A stretch of DNA of 64,000 nucleotides from an uncultured euryarchaeote (GTDB lineage: Archaea > Thermoplasmatota > Poseidoniia > Poseidoniales > Poseidoniaceae): positions 32,001 to 96,000 of the forward strand of contig CALBRH010000001.1 of assembly GCA_937899865.1 (NCBI GenBank), in the 5' to 3' direction. This document shows, piece by piece, positions 38,357-48,020 of this stretch. The position numbers were made by a program, and so were the translations under genes. The notes under the pieces were generated by a model. The model was not told the DNA's origin. It saw only the letters and a list, made by a program, of their open reading frames with translations, and ran no database searches. Each line of letters starts with the position of its first letter. Positions within the stretch are counted from its first letter, which is position 1.

Positions 38357-39379
38357 TCATTCCTTCAAATCAAGACTTGCACTGCCCATTATTCTAGGTT
38401 TTGAATCTAATTGTGCAATAATTGCTGACCCCGGATTTTCTCGTCTAATGTAAACAGGAGAATCCCACTCAACGACTATATTCTCGTTGTTGACAGATTT
38501 AATCCTACCAACAGTAAATTGCAGATCAACACTAATGTGGATGACATCACCTTGGTTAAGAATTCGTTTTTGGAATGGCGAAACATCCAATATCATTTCT
38601 GAAGATTTGTGTTCAACTACAGATAATGGGATATGAGTGTTTGTCTTTTTGTCATTGATTGCTGGCTTAACTATGATTGAGCCGTTACTAAGGGAATCTT
38701 CTTTGGCACCTCTAATCGCTATACCAACGCGATCTCCAGATTGAGCCTGTTGGACATCATCGTCCATTACCTGTAGCGATTTGGTGTTTCCAGAGCCATT
38801 AGATGGCAATATGTGTAGTTCATCGTGAACTTTTAGAGTGCCACATTGCACATATCCGATAGCAACTAAGCCAATTCCTTTCACATTGAAATGTTGATCG
38901 ATACTCACCACAAGTGGCGATGATGCGGAATCAGCTAATTCATCTTCAATTTCACTCATTAAATGGTATAATTGATTACGTATTTCTAATCCATCAGGAG
39001 ACATGAATTTCCAATGTGTTAGTCCGGCTTGAGCAAACATCTTTTCAGCCATATCTTGATCAACCCAATCTCCCTCTTTTGGCTTGATAATTGCAATACC
39101 AAGTCTAATATTAGAACTGGCAAATGCTACCAAAACTTCACCAAGTGTTGCATCGATTGCATTGATTTCTATGATACCAACTCTGCCGGCAGAGATTGCA
39201 TTTAGTAACGGTCTCAAACGTTCCGGATATCTTGCTGGTCTAATGATTGAAATTATTTTGGCAACACCATCTTGTATTTCTTTGTGGACATAGGTGTGAA
39301 CATCACGTTGATCGGTTGCTTTAGCGATTTCTTTGGCGAGTTCATCACTGCCAAACATTGCTACATTCAAGACGGTCAT
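38357..39379 (-). CDS. Archaeal SelB-like / EF-Tu domain 2 protein with degenerate G domain
   Basis: SIDQHFNVKGIGLVAIGYV, KSLQVMDDDV..A.SGDRVGIAI (EF-Tu domain II). No P-loop. Confidence 0.85.
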   Translation of the reverse strand: MTVLNVAMFGSDELAKEIAKATDQRDVHTYVHKEIQDGVAKIISIIRPARYPERLRPLLNAISAGRVGIIEINAIDATLGEVLVAFASSNIRLGIAIIKPKEGDWVDQDMAEKMFAQAGLTHWKFMSPDGLEIRNQLYHLMSEIEDELADSASSPLVVSIDQHFNVKGIGLVAIGYVQCGTLKVHDELHILPSNGSGNTKSLQVMDDDVQQAQSGDRVGIAIRGAKEDSLSNGSIIVKPAINDKKTNTHIPLSVVEHKSSEMILDVSPFQKRILNQGDVIHISVDLQFTVGRIKSVNNENIVVEWDSPVYIRRENPGSAIIAQLDSKPRIMGSASLDLKE

Positions 39380-39420
39380 GGTATGTCCACCGAGGGCTCT
39401 CAAATCAATTTACGGGCAAA

Positions 39421-39882
39421 CTAATCGGATTTTTGAGCAATCATATTATTCCTAATTTGCTTTGCTTTGTCCCATTCGATTTGTTCTTCCTCATTCTCAA
39501 CAACAAATTGCGGTATAGGGATAGGACGCATCATTGAATCAATCGCAACAAAGAAAAAATACCCCTCACAAATCTTTTTCTTATCCCATGTTGCTTTGTC
39601 TACTGCCATTGCGGTAACTTTGGAACACGCGGTATGAGTACTTGTGTAGACTACCTTGCCAGTTACTTCAAGAAGGTCACCTTGCCGCGCTGGAGCGATG
39701 AATTTTAGAGTGTCAATTGAGATAGTTACAAATTCCCGGTGAGCAAATTTGGAACAAGAAATACCTCCGGCTTTATCCATTATCGATAGTAATTTTCCAC
39801 CAAACAATGTATCATGGTCATTGGTGTCACCAGGAAAAACATGTTCGATTAATGTCACAGGCTCTTTAGAGTATGGCTCCAT
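39421..39882 (-). CDS. Acyl-CoA thioesterase (hotdog fold, YciA-like)
   Basis: VFPGDTN.H.TLFGGKLLSIMD and FVAID...RPIPIP motifs. Confidence 0.92.
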   Translation of the reverse strand: MEPYSKEPVTLIEHVFPGDTNDHDTLFGGKLLSIMDKAGGISCSKFAHREFVTISIDTLKFIAPARQGDLLEVTGKVVYTSTHTACSKVTAMAVDKATWDKKKICEGYFFFVAIDSMMRPIPIPQFVVENEEEQIEWDKAKQIRNNMIAQKSD

Positions 39883-39971
39883 GATGTTCGCAAACGCTTC
39901 TACTTCAAGAAGTCATGCCGAGAATCTTCTATAATGGCATGGTTTCTTGTAGCATATCATAATGGACAAAC

Positions 39972-40652
39972 ATGAGCGGTGAAAAGAAGTGCATCGCTCT
40001 TATCTCAGGTGGTATTGATTCACCTGTTGCAATAGCCAGAATGCTGAAAGATGGTTGGAAAATGCAATGTGTACATTTCAGTTTGGCAGAGTTGACAGGT
40101 AAAGCCCCAGAAGAGAAATCTGTTGCCGCTTTAAATCACCTTATGTCTTTGGATAGTGAACTTGGTGAAATGGCTAAACAATACATAGAACCTAATTTAA
40201 TCATCGTTCCTGTTGCTGAGCAAGCGTCTAAATTCACTGAAAAATGGGCGCATACAGAATATTTTATTCATATGAAAAGAATGTTTCATAAATTAGGTGA
40301 CATAATTGGTAAAGAGTACGGGGCAACCCATATATTAACTGGAGAAAATCTTGGCCAAGTTTCTTCACAAACCTTAGGGAATATGGGTGCAATTGAGAGT
40401 ATGTCTGACTTGATACCACTTAGGCCCCTTCTTTGCTTCGACAAGCGACATATCATTGATATGGCAAGGGCGTTGGGGACTTATGAGTTGTCTCTTGCAG
40501 TAGAAGTTTGTGACGCATTAGGGCCAAAAAAGCCAACTACTGTGGCAAATAAAGAGTGGCTCGAATTAAGCGAACAGAGAGCGGGCGGGATAGAAATTTT
40601 AGTAAATCAGGCGTTGGCAAAAAAATACTTGGTCAATTTGTCACCAAATTGA
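39972..40652 (+). CDS. thiI: ThiI-like sulfurtransferase, PP-loop catalytic domain only (no THUMP)
   Basis: LISGGIDSPVA, TGENLGQVSSQT, RPLLCFDK and EVCDALGPKKPTT motifs. Only 226 aa. Confidence 0.8.
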   Translation: MSGEKKCIALISGGIDSPVAIARMLKDGWKMQCVHFSLAELTGKAPEEKSVAALNHLMSLDSELGEMAKQYIEPNLIIVPVAEQASKFTEKWAHTEYFIHMKRMFHKLGDIIGKEYGATHILTGENLGQVSSQTLGNMGAIESMSDLIPLRPLLCFDKRHIIDMARALGTYELSLAVEVCDALGPKKPTTVANKEWLELSEQRAGGIEILVNQALAKKYLVNLSPN

Positions 40653-40727
40653 ATCATAAGAGCCTTTTTTTCACGAAAAAGCGATGCATTTTAGGTGTAG
40701 AAGTCTTGGATTGTTATCGGCGATAGC

Positions 40728-43700
40728 ATGGCGATTGTAAATAACCGAACAAAAACATCATTATTTTTGACTCTTCTAATGATACTAACTCCTTTTGCTG
40801 CAGCATCTACAGTGACTACTTTTTCTGATGGTTCATCAGAGGTAGTAATTGAATTCAAAGATGGAGTAAATTTTGAAAATACCACGGATGGGGGCTTTTA
40901 TGTTCCAAGTGATGAAACAATCACTTCAGCCTCAGTTGATATTGTGTCAAGCCCGATGATGTATAAATCAAGTAGTGGTTCATCAGCACTTACATCGTTT
41001 TCATGGGATCCAAATCAAAATAATGGAGCTACTACATTTGTAGATCCAAGTAAATTTTCTTTCGAATCAACTATTGATTACGACAAAGTTGAACTAAGGT
41101 CTGAAGTATATTCTACTGACTTTGAATTTGATGAATCTGGTATTTCTAACGATACGATTTATTTTAATTCCAATGGCGATAATATCTCTTGGGATTATGA
41201 TAATGTTAAATTTAAACAATTAGACGAAGGTCCTGATTTCTGTTCATCCGGTGACATGTGTTGGGGAACAAACTTCTATGACTCTGATTATACTGATGAC
41301 GTAGATGTTCAAGGCTTTGGTTCGGAATTTGAATTCCGTATGAAAACTCCTTCGGTTTATTTAGACAATTCAATTAATGATACTTACCTACGTTTCTCGA
41401 GTTGGCATCAATTAGAAACGAAATATAATAGTCAAGGAGATTTGTATTACGACGATTGTGCTTATATTGAGATAGAATATTCAGTTACCGGACAATTTCA
41501 AGGAGAAGAAAGTCTTGACATTCTTCCTATTAACTTCCCTTTTTCGAATGGAATCGCACCTAGTCAAGGAGCATTTATCCGTTCTGATGCATTACAACAA
41601 GGTAATACCATTTCAGCGTATTGTTCCGATGTCCCTTACAACCAGTTTGCCCTTGCTGGGACTTCCATAGGCCCTACTAATCCATCAGGTTGGGCTACAA
41701 TTGCAAGTAATCTAGCACCTTATTTAGGAAAACATGTTAAAATTAATTTCGTATTATACCACTCTGATCAAGGTGGCAACTTGTTTTCACAACCTACTCC
41801 AGGGTGGTTTATTGATGACATAAGTATTGGAGAAAGATACAGTCAAGATGGATTGATGGTCATTAACAATATCCAACCGCCAACATCATATGAGGATAAA
41901 AGTCCTAATGGATTTGGTTTAATTTACACTGATACATTTGAGCCGGCAGATTCAAAGTTAACTTATACATTCAGAAATTCGATTAATGGCGTAATTATTA
42001 CCGGAACAGATGGTAGGGTTATGGAGAATTTAGCAGGTCCTGTGATTGAGCTATGGAATATTGATACTGATCAACATCAATTCATTGACATGGAAGTCCA
42101 ATTCGATTCAGGTTCACAACAAATTTCAAGTCCAATTTTCTATGGTTTTATGATTGGAACTGAGGTGGGAGTTACCTTTAATGATTTAGACATAGTAAGG
42201 GATTTTGAAGTTGACAACTCAATTTTGAATTTCGAAAATAATTCTGAGACGAGAAATTTATTGTTATACTACAATTCTTCAGATTTCATGAATAATAACA
42301 ATCCTTATGATTTCCAAAAACCAATTTATGGCATTGAAATTTCTGAAATTCCGACGGTTTGTAGTGCTGATGTTTCAATCAAGCATTATGGTTTAGCCGA
42401 TTTTGAGCCAATTTCGATCGATGTGGTAAATTACATGACCATTCCAATATTTGATTTTGATCTTAAAATAAAACTTAACACGGATTGTGATGTAAGAAAT
42501 ATTTGGTTTTCATTCACTATCGGGGAACACATTGAAGATTTAACACTCGACTTTGGTAATGACGGAGTTGACGAATGGAAATTTGATGAACCTGCATTTG
42601 GGAAGTTTGGATTTCAAGACACTTTTTATCGGACTGAATCAAACGGAATTAGCCAGAGTGAAGAATTGGCCAAATTAACCTTAGATCCGATTTCTGGTGA
42701 AGTTACAGGAGGCTTTTTCTTATTGCCTAAAGGTGCTGAAGTACAATATTTTGATTTTGAAATCGCCTCCAATTCAATATTCAACGTAAATGATACTGCA
42801 GAGGCATTTACAATTGGTCTTCAGATTGGGTTAGAGTTTAATTCATTGGGTAATATAGCCAATAGTGGCGATTTGTTTTTCAGAGATGTAAGGTCAGACA
42901 TGGATAGAGTGACTGAAAAATTATCTGTTCTAATCGGTTCACCAAACACTCCAGTATTTAAGACAGATTCTTACGGTATTGAATGGGTTAGAGTTGGGTT
43001 TACAATTCAACAGTATGACTCTAACAACGGTGGCGCCGCCACTTTGAAAAACCTAAGGTCAGTTTATCAGTACAACGCTACTCTAGACGATGATTCTGGA
43101 TTTGGTGAATATTTACGCGAAACTGTAGCGATAATTAATCAAAATCAACAAACTGGAACTACCCAAACGTTAGTACCTTTGAAATCATCTTCTCCAATAG
43201 GTGGACAGATTAATCTGGCAAATTTATCAATTGAAACCGAGCAAGGTTATGACTCAACATTGGACTTTATTTCAGGTTCTGATGGATTGTACAACACTGG
43301 AGAGATATATCATATTAAGACAACGCATGAAGTTCAAGCCTCAACCGGAGCAAACTTAGAGAAATGCCGTATTCAATTCAAAGGAACAGATTCCTCATTC
43401 TATCTTGGTTATGATATGGCTTTAGGATTCTATGAGTTAGATGATATTGATGATTATGTAACATTACATCCCTCCTCATCAGTATCTTCAATAGGTTCAA
43501 GTGGCGCTAAACAAATTGACTGGAAGTTTACTGTTAGTAGTTCCTGGGATGATGAACAAAAAGTGATTATTTTATCTGAAACATTGGCTGATAATGGAGT
43601 AATCGGCATGCTTTCAGGAATATCATTACAGCCAGATATTGGGAATGCCGTTGAGAATGATATTTTGTTGAATAATTTGACTTTATTTAATTCAGCAGGA

Positions 43701-46670
43701 GTTGAGCAATCGTTTTCACAAGCGAATACAAATCAACAATTGAAAATTATGGGCAATGTGTCTTTTGAAGATCTAGAAATTTCTCCGAACCCAAGTTCAT
43801 ACAATCTTGTAGTCGAGGAAAGAGGCATTGAAATCGATGGAGAATTTACCAATATTACATGGACTGAAATTGCCAATACAAGTGGTTTTATTGATGGAGA
43901 TATCGACTGGATTGTTGATTTGGGAATGTTTGCATCAGGTTCTGAAACATATAGATTTAGGATGACTAATTATGAAGGAGGAGACATTTTATGTCCTCCA
44001 GCGGAATATAACCCAGACTCTGATTGTGGTATACAATTTAATTTGTCAATTGACATTCTTAATCCTAATCTTTTGTCATTCGAGCTATACAAGAGAGCCG
44101 CAGGAGAAGGTGACATCAATTCTGATGACAATTGGAGGGTTGTGTACGACGATTCTTGGGCAACTCCTAAGTTACAACAAGATTTCCGTTTTGCTGTTAG
44201 TGATGTACCAATACCACCAGAATCGGCTGTTTTGCATGTTTGGGTAGAATATGATCATGACTTAAACTCAAACGGATTGCCTGAACCATCAGAGTATATC
44301 CAAATACCAACTACAAATACTGGTGCTTCAGAAAACGCATCATTCTTGGGAATGTACAATGATATGGCAAATTCGGGACTCAAAGGAGTTGTCAGTGTTT
44401 GGGTTGAGTGTTATGACTTGGCTGGAAACTCGGTTGATGGTGGAGGTCCAGGATTTGATAACGATTATGTTACATATGTCAGTATGGAATTAGAATATCC
44501 TACAATTAGTTCTCTAAATATTGAAAATTCATTTGGAGAGAGAATGATTTCTACAATTCCAACCAATGCACCAGATGGTGTAGGGATATGGAATCAAACT
44601 ATGTTTGCAGGAAATGAGTATAATATAATCATCGATGCTGAAGATGGTAACGGCTGGAAAGATGTAGAATATGTTGAAATTACCCTTGCTCCACAGGAAT
44701 TGAACTATGACTCAATGATAATTTACTATCCAAGAAATCAAACTGTATGGACTGAAAGTGACATGTTTGATATCTCAGTTGATTCTGTTGGTGAAACAGA
44801 AGCAACAATTAGGACTAGTGATGGCAATGTGCTGATTAGTCCCTTTGAAGAAAATTTCATAATAAATATCCCAATTTCTATGAAATGGGGGCTTCCGCTT
44901 TCTGGAGAATATACTCCATCGTTTAAGATTAAAGATTTGGATAACAGCCCTGTATTTTCAGAGAGTTCATATCGTCAATCATGGACTTACCAAAATGATA
45001 TGCGTCTCGACTTTAGATCTAACTTAGATGAAAAACAAATGATTTCCCCTACTTTGACTGACCAAGATATTCCAATTTCAGATAATTTGTATCATGAAAT
45101 CGGTCAAGAGAAATTTATCGGTTCGGTAACCGGTGGCGATGTTGTAATGTTCTCTGGCCAGTATTCTTTCACATCAGGAATTTTGGAAAATGTGTTTATC
45201 AATCCAGAGGCTGAATTAACCATGGAAATTACTAGAAAAGAGGTATTTAGAGACTCTGAGAGAGATTATGACCCAGTTGAAGAAGAAGTAACGACTCATA
45301 CTTTCACAGGAGGGAAGTTCGACATACCAATCAAGATGCCGTCATATCAAAATGAATTTGAATATGAATTTAAATTGATTAATTTACCAGTTGGAGCAGA
45401 TGATTTGACAACTGCATATTGTTTTGGTTCAGTGATTAATGGTTGCGGCAAATTCGTGATTAAAGTTGATGATGAGGCTCCAAAACTTGTCTTTGGTTCT
45501 TGGTCAGCATCTAGGGGTGAAACCACTACTAACGGTCTAGAGCCTGAGTTATATGATAAAATGCCAACATCATCATACCACTGTGTTGATGTTTCAAGTC
45601 AAATAGAAGAACGAGGTAGTCTAGCAGAAGATGCAACAACATTAAACTGGATTTATTTTAACGGAAACCCTGAAGATGGTAATGTATGGAATGTTTATCA
45701 GAATAATTATGGTACAACCCCATTATCTACTCCTCTAAATTTGTCTGCAGGAAGTTTAGGTTACATTAGAGCCTCAGCTGATTGTGTTGATCTTTGGCCA
45801 GTAAGTTTTGGTCAATTTGATGTGACTGAATCTAATTTGAACTCACCTAATTTAGAAGTGAACTTGGTCATGTGGATAGAAACTGTCGACGGAGCAGGTT
45901 CGCCAATAATTGGTGCTGGGCGCTATTTCGATGATGGTTCTGCTGTCGGTATCGAGGGTAATGACAATGATGGACAAGACAGTTCAACATATATCTTAGA
46001 GTTTGAAGGAAGTAAGTTTGAAGTTAGAAATACGAGAACAATTCCAGATTCTCCAGAGGTGGGTGATAAGATTACTCTCGAAGTAGAGTTAGTCAATTCT
46101 GGTATTCCTGGAATTGCTGACTTAGAAATCAAATCTGTGACGAATAATCAACCTCCAGTTTTCGAAGGCTACATAACTAGTGAAATCATTGGTAAAGATC
46201 AAGCACAATGGGTTTCTATTGAATTAGAAGAATTTACTGATGCAACGACTGGGATGTATTACATAGTCTATGATAATGAAACCAAGAATGAATTGTTTAA
46301 TGGTAAAAACCAAGGAAAAACCTTCAACGTTAAGGTCTCAAGCGAATCTGATGATGGATTTTCAACTGGTTTGATTGTTATAATTCTAGTTGGTGTAATT
46401 GCAATTCTTGCTGTAGTTGTTATTGTTATCTCTCGACGAGAGCGTGGTGATGATTTGGATGATGAGTTTGAATACGAATATGAAGATGATAAGTCATATG
46501 CTTCCATACCACAACAAACTCAAACCTATCCTACTCCGGCTGCTGCTGTAAGTCCTGAAATGGCTGAGGCACTGGAGAAGTTTAATTTCTGGACTCAGGA
46601 AGAGATTCAAGGTTACTTCGATCAAGGATGGAGTATTCAGCAATTAGAAGAATGGTTAGAAAACCAATGA
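40728..46670 (+). CDS. Giant (1980 aa) secreted, membrane-anchored surface protein
   Basis: N-terminal signal peptide, acidic beta-rich body (GWFIDDISI jelly-roll-like motif, CARDB-like region near the end), C-terminal TM helix and acidic cytoplasmic tail. Confidence 0.88.
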   Translation: MAIVNNRTKTSLFLTLLMILTPFAAASTVTTFSDGSSEVVIEFKDGVNFENTTDGGFYVPSDETITSASVDIVSSPMMYKSSSGSSALTSFSWDPNQNNGATTFVDPSKFSFESTIDYDKVELRSEVYSTDFEFDESGISNDTIYFNSNGDNISWDYDNVKFKQLDEGPDFCSSGDMCWGTNFYDSDYTDDVDVQGFGSEFEFRMKTPSVYLDNSINDTYLRFSSWHQLETKYNSQGDLYYDDCAYIEIEYSVTGQFQGEESLDILPINFPFSNGIAPSQGAFIRSDALQQGNTISAYCSDVPYNQFALAGTSIGPTNPSGWATIASNLAPYLGKHVKINFVLYHSDQGGNLFSQPTPGWFIDDISIGERYSQDGLMVINNIQPPTSYEDKSPNGFGLIYTDTFEPADSKLTYTFRNSINGVIITGTDGRVMENLAGPVIELWNIDTDQHQFIDMEVQFDSGSQQISSPIFYGFMIGTEVGVTFNDLDIVRDFEVDNSILNFENNSETRNLLLYYNSSDFMNNNNPYDFQKPIYGIEISEIPTVCSADVSIKHYGLADFEPISIDVVNYMTIPIFDFDLKIKLNTDCDVRNIWFSFTIGEHIEDLTLDFGNDGVDEWKFDEPAFGKFGFQDTFYRTESNGISQSEELAKLTLDPISGEVTGGFFLLPKGAEVQYFDFEIASNSIFNVNDTAEAFTIGLQIGLEFNSLGNIANSGDLFFRDVRSDMDRVTEKLSVLIGSPNTPVFKTDSYGIEWVRVGFTIQQYDSNNGGAATLKNLRSVYQYNATLDDDSGFGEYLRETVAIINQNQQTGTTQTLVPLKSSSPIGGQINLANLSIETEQGYDSTLDFISGSDGLYNTGEIYHIKTTHEVQASTGANLEKCRIQFKGTDSSFYLGYDMALGFYELDDIDDYVTLHPSSSVSSIGSSGAKQIDWKFTVSSSWDDEQKVIILSETLADNGVIGMLSGISLQPDIGNAVENDILLNNLTLFNSAGVEQSFSQANTNQQLKIMGNVSFEDLEISPNPSSYNLVVEERGIEIDGEFTNITWTEIANTSGFIDGDIDWIVDLGMFASGSETYRFRMTNYEGGDILCPPAEYNPDSDCGIQFNLSIDILNPNLLSFELYKRAAGEGDINSDDNWRVVYDDSWATPKLQQDFRFAVSDVPIPPESAVLHVWVEYDHDLNSNGLPEPSEYIQIPTTNTGASENASFLGMYNDMANSGLKGVVSVWVECYDLAGNSVDGGGPGFDNDYVTYVSMELEYPTISSLNIENSFGERMISTIPTNAPDGVGIWNQTMFAGNEYNIIIDAEDGNGWKDVEYVEITLAPQELNYDSMIIYYPRNQTVWTESDMFDISVDSVGETEATIRTSDGNVLISPFEENFIINIPISMKWGLPLSGEYTPSFKIKDLDNSPVFSESSYRQSWTYQNDMRLDFRSNLDEKQMISPTLTDQDIPISDNLYHEIGQEKFIGSVTGGDVVMFSGQYSFTSGILENVFINPEAELTMEITRKEVFRDSERDYDPVEEEVTTHTFTGGKFDIPIKMPSYQNEFEYEFKLINLPVGADDLTTAYCFGSVINGCGKFVIKVDDEAPKLVFGSWSASRGETTTNGLEPELYDKMPTSSYHCVDVSSQIEERGSLAEDATTLNWIYFNGNPEDGNVWNVYQNNYGTTPLSTPLNLSAGSLGYIRASADCVDLWPVSFGQFDVTESNLNSPNLEVNLVMWIETVDGAGSPIIGAGRYFDDGSAVGIEGNDNDGQDSSTYILEFEGSKFEVRNTRTIPDSPEVGDKITLEVELVNSGIPGIADLEIKSVTNNQPPVFEGYITSEIIGKDQAQWVSIELEEFTDATTGMYYIVYDNETKNELFNGKNQGKTFNVKVSSESDDGFSTGLIVIILVGVIAILAVVVIVISRRERGDDLDDEFEYEYEDDKSYASIPQQTQTYPTPAAAVSPEMAEALEKFNFWTQEEIQGYFDQGWSIQQLEEWLENQ

Positions 46671-46680
46671 GTGAGTCGTA

Positions 46681-47487
46681 ATGTCCTCGAGGATTGGCTG
46701 GGAAGATATTGTTTGGGAAGACCCCGATGGAGGAAAAATTGTCCTCCATGGTACTATTCCAACAGTGGTTTATCCCCGTAAACTACGCCCTTCAATTGAG
46801 TGGCATGGGTTAGCATTGCTTGAGTCTGATGAAGTGGTTGAATTATGGGAGCAGGAAGAAAAAGATGAAGCAGAATCAAGCGGAGTCAATCTTGCTCATG
46901 GTTTAGTATCAGGAGGGACAATGGGTATTTTTCTTGAAGAAGTTACACAAATTGATGAGGTTACTTCAGGTCGATTTCCTGACCCCGAGCCAAGAAGAGT
47001 TCATCGGCTTGCTGTAAGGCACAATCGTCCGATATTCTTCATCGAGCCAGAATTAGATGATGAAGATTGGGAGGCACATATGATTGCAGAAGCAAAAGAA
47101 GTGTCTCGCTGGAAAAAGCTACTTGGTTTGGTAACCGTTGGCAAAAAATGGCGTAAAAAAGTAAAACAAAATATTTTCCAAGCAGAAAAACCACCAAAAG
47201 GAGTTACCGCCAATCTTTCTTCTGCCGCAGTATTATGTGCAACATGGTGGGATCTAAATGAGTGGTTAATTGGAGAGACTATTGCCGAAGCGCGTAATCT
47301 TCGATTTACATCACGATTACGAGGGGCATTGAAGCAATTGAGAATGGACCATGGTAATGATGCAGTTTTACTGGTTCCATTATTCATGCCTTGGCGTAAC
47401 ACTATCTTCAATGAACTCAATAATCTACCAGATGTAGAGGAGAATTCATCAAACAAGACCTCTAGGCTAGACATGGAGGAAGAGTAA
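46681..47487 (+). CDS. Hypothetical protein
   Basis: 268-aa ORF, first of a tightly coupled three-gene run with the TBP-like and TatD genes. Confidence 0.75.
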   Translation: MSSRIGWEDIVWEDPDGGKIVLHGTIPTVVYPRKLRPSIEWHGLALLESDEVVELWEQEEKDEAESSGVNLAHGLVSGGTMGIFLEEVTQIDEVTSGRFPDPEPRRVHRLAVRHNRPIFFIEPELDDEDWEAHMIAEAKEVSRWKKLLGLVTVGKKWRKKVKQNIFQAEKPPKGVTANLSSAAVLCATWWDLNEWLIGETIAEARNLRFTSRLRGALKQLRMDHGNDAVLLVPLFMPWRNTIFNELNNLPDVEENSSNKTSRLDMEEE

Positions 47488-48020
47488 TGGCTGCAGGTGG
47501 AGTTGATGTTAGAGTTGAAAACCAACTGGTTAGATTTGTACCTAAATCTCCAGTCAGTCATGATGCAGTAGTCTCTCAATTAGCTGGGCAAAAGAATGGC
47601 AATATTGTTGTCAAAGCACTGGAAAAACCACGTGCTACTATTGTAATCGATGAAGAAGGCAGAATTGTAGTTCATGGCACTAATAGAGTTGAGATTGCAC
47701 GTGCAGCAGCCAAAGAATTACTCCTTAGGCTGGGTCTTGACGAATCGGGGCTTCAAACAGAATTAGGTCCTGTAATTGCATCATTTAATTTTGAACAAGC
47801 AGTAGATGTTGAGGCAATGAACAAAGAATTTACCGGCGGGACCTCTACTTTTGATCAAAGGCTTGGGTGTGCAATTATTCAAGATTCTCGCCATAATTTG
47901 AAATTATATGTTTGGCCCAATGGCAAGTGTGTCGCAAGTGATGCTCGTCATCCAAATATGGTGGCAATGTCAGCAGTATTTTGGAAAACTCAGTTACAAG
48001 AAAACAAAATATTTGTGTGA
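47487..48020 (+). CDS. Divergent TATA-binding-protein (TBP)-fold protein
   Basis: Two-repeat pattern VENQLVRF...KPRATIVIDEEGRIVVHGT and VIASF...LKLYVWPNGKCV aligns with TBP repeats (IxNxV...PKxxLLIFxSGKxxxTG). Confidence 0.7.
   Translation: MAAGGVDVRVENQLVRFVPKSPVSHDAVVSQLAGQKNGNIVVKALEKPRATIVIDEEGRIVVHGTNRVEIARAAAKELLLRLGLDESGLQTELGPVIASFNFEQAVDVEAMNKEFTGGTSTFDQRLGCAIIQDSRHNLKLYVWPNGKCVASDARHPNMVAMSAVFWKTQLQENKIFV

Noticed and set aside
38357-39379. Selenocysteine machinery (SelB)
   Set aside because: No G-domain motifs, no selA/selD/tRNA-Sec nearby and no in-frame TGA candidates noticed. It matches a known GTPase-less archaeal family.
47001-47579. 192-aa minus-strand ORF, and the many other 60-140-aa antisense or alternative-frame ORFs in the track
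   Set aside because: They are shadows of well-supported genes and have no motifs of their own.
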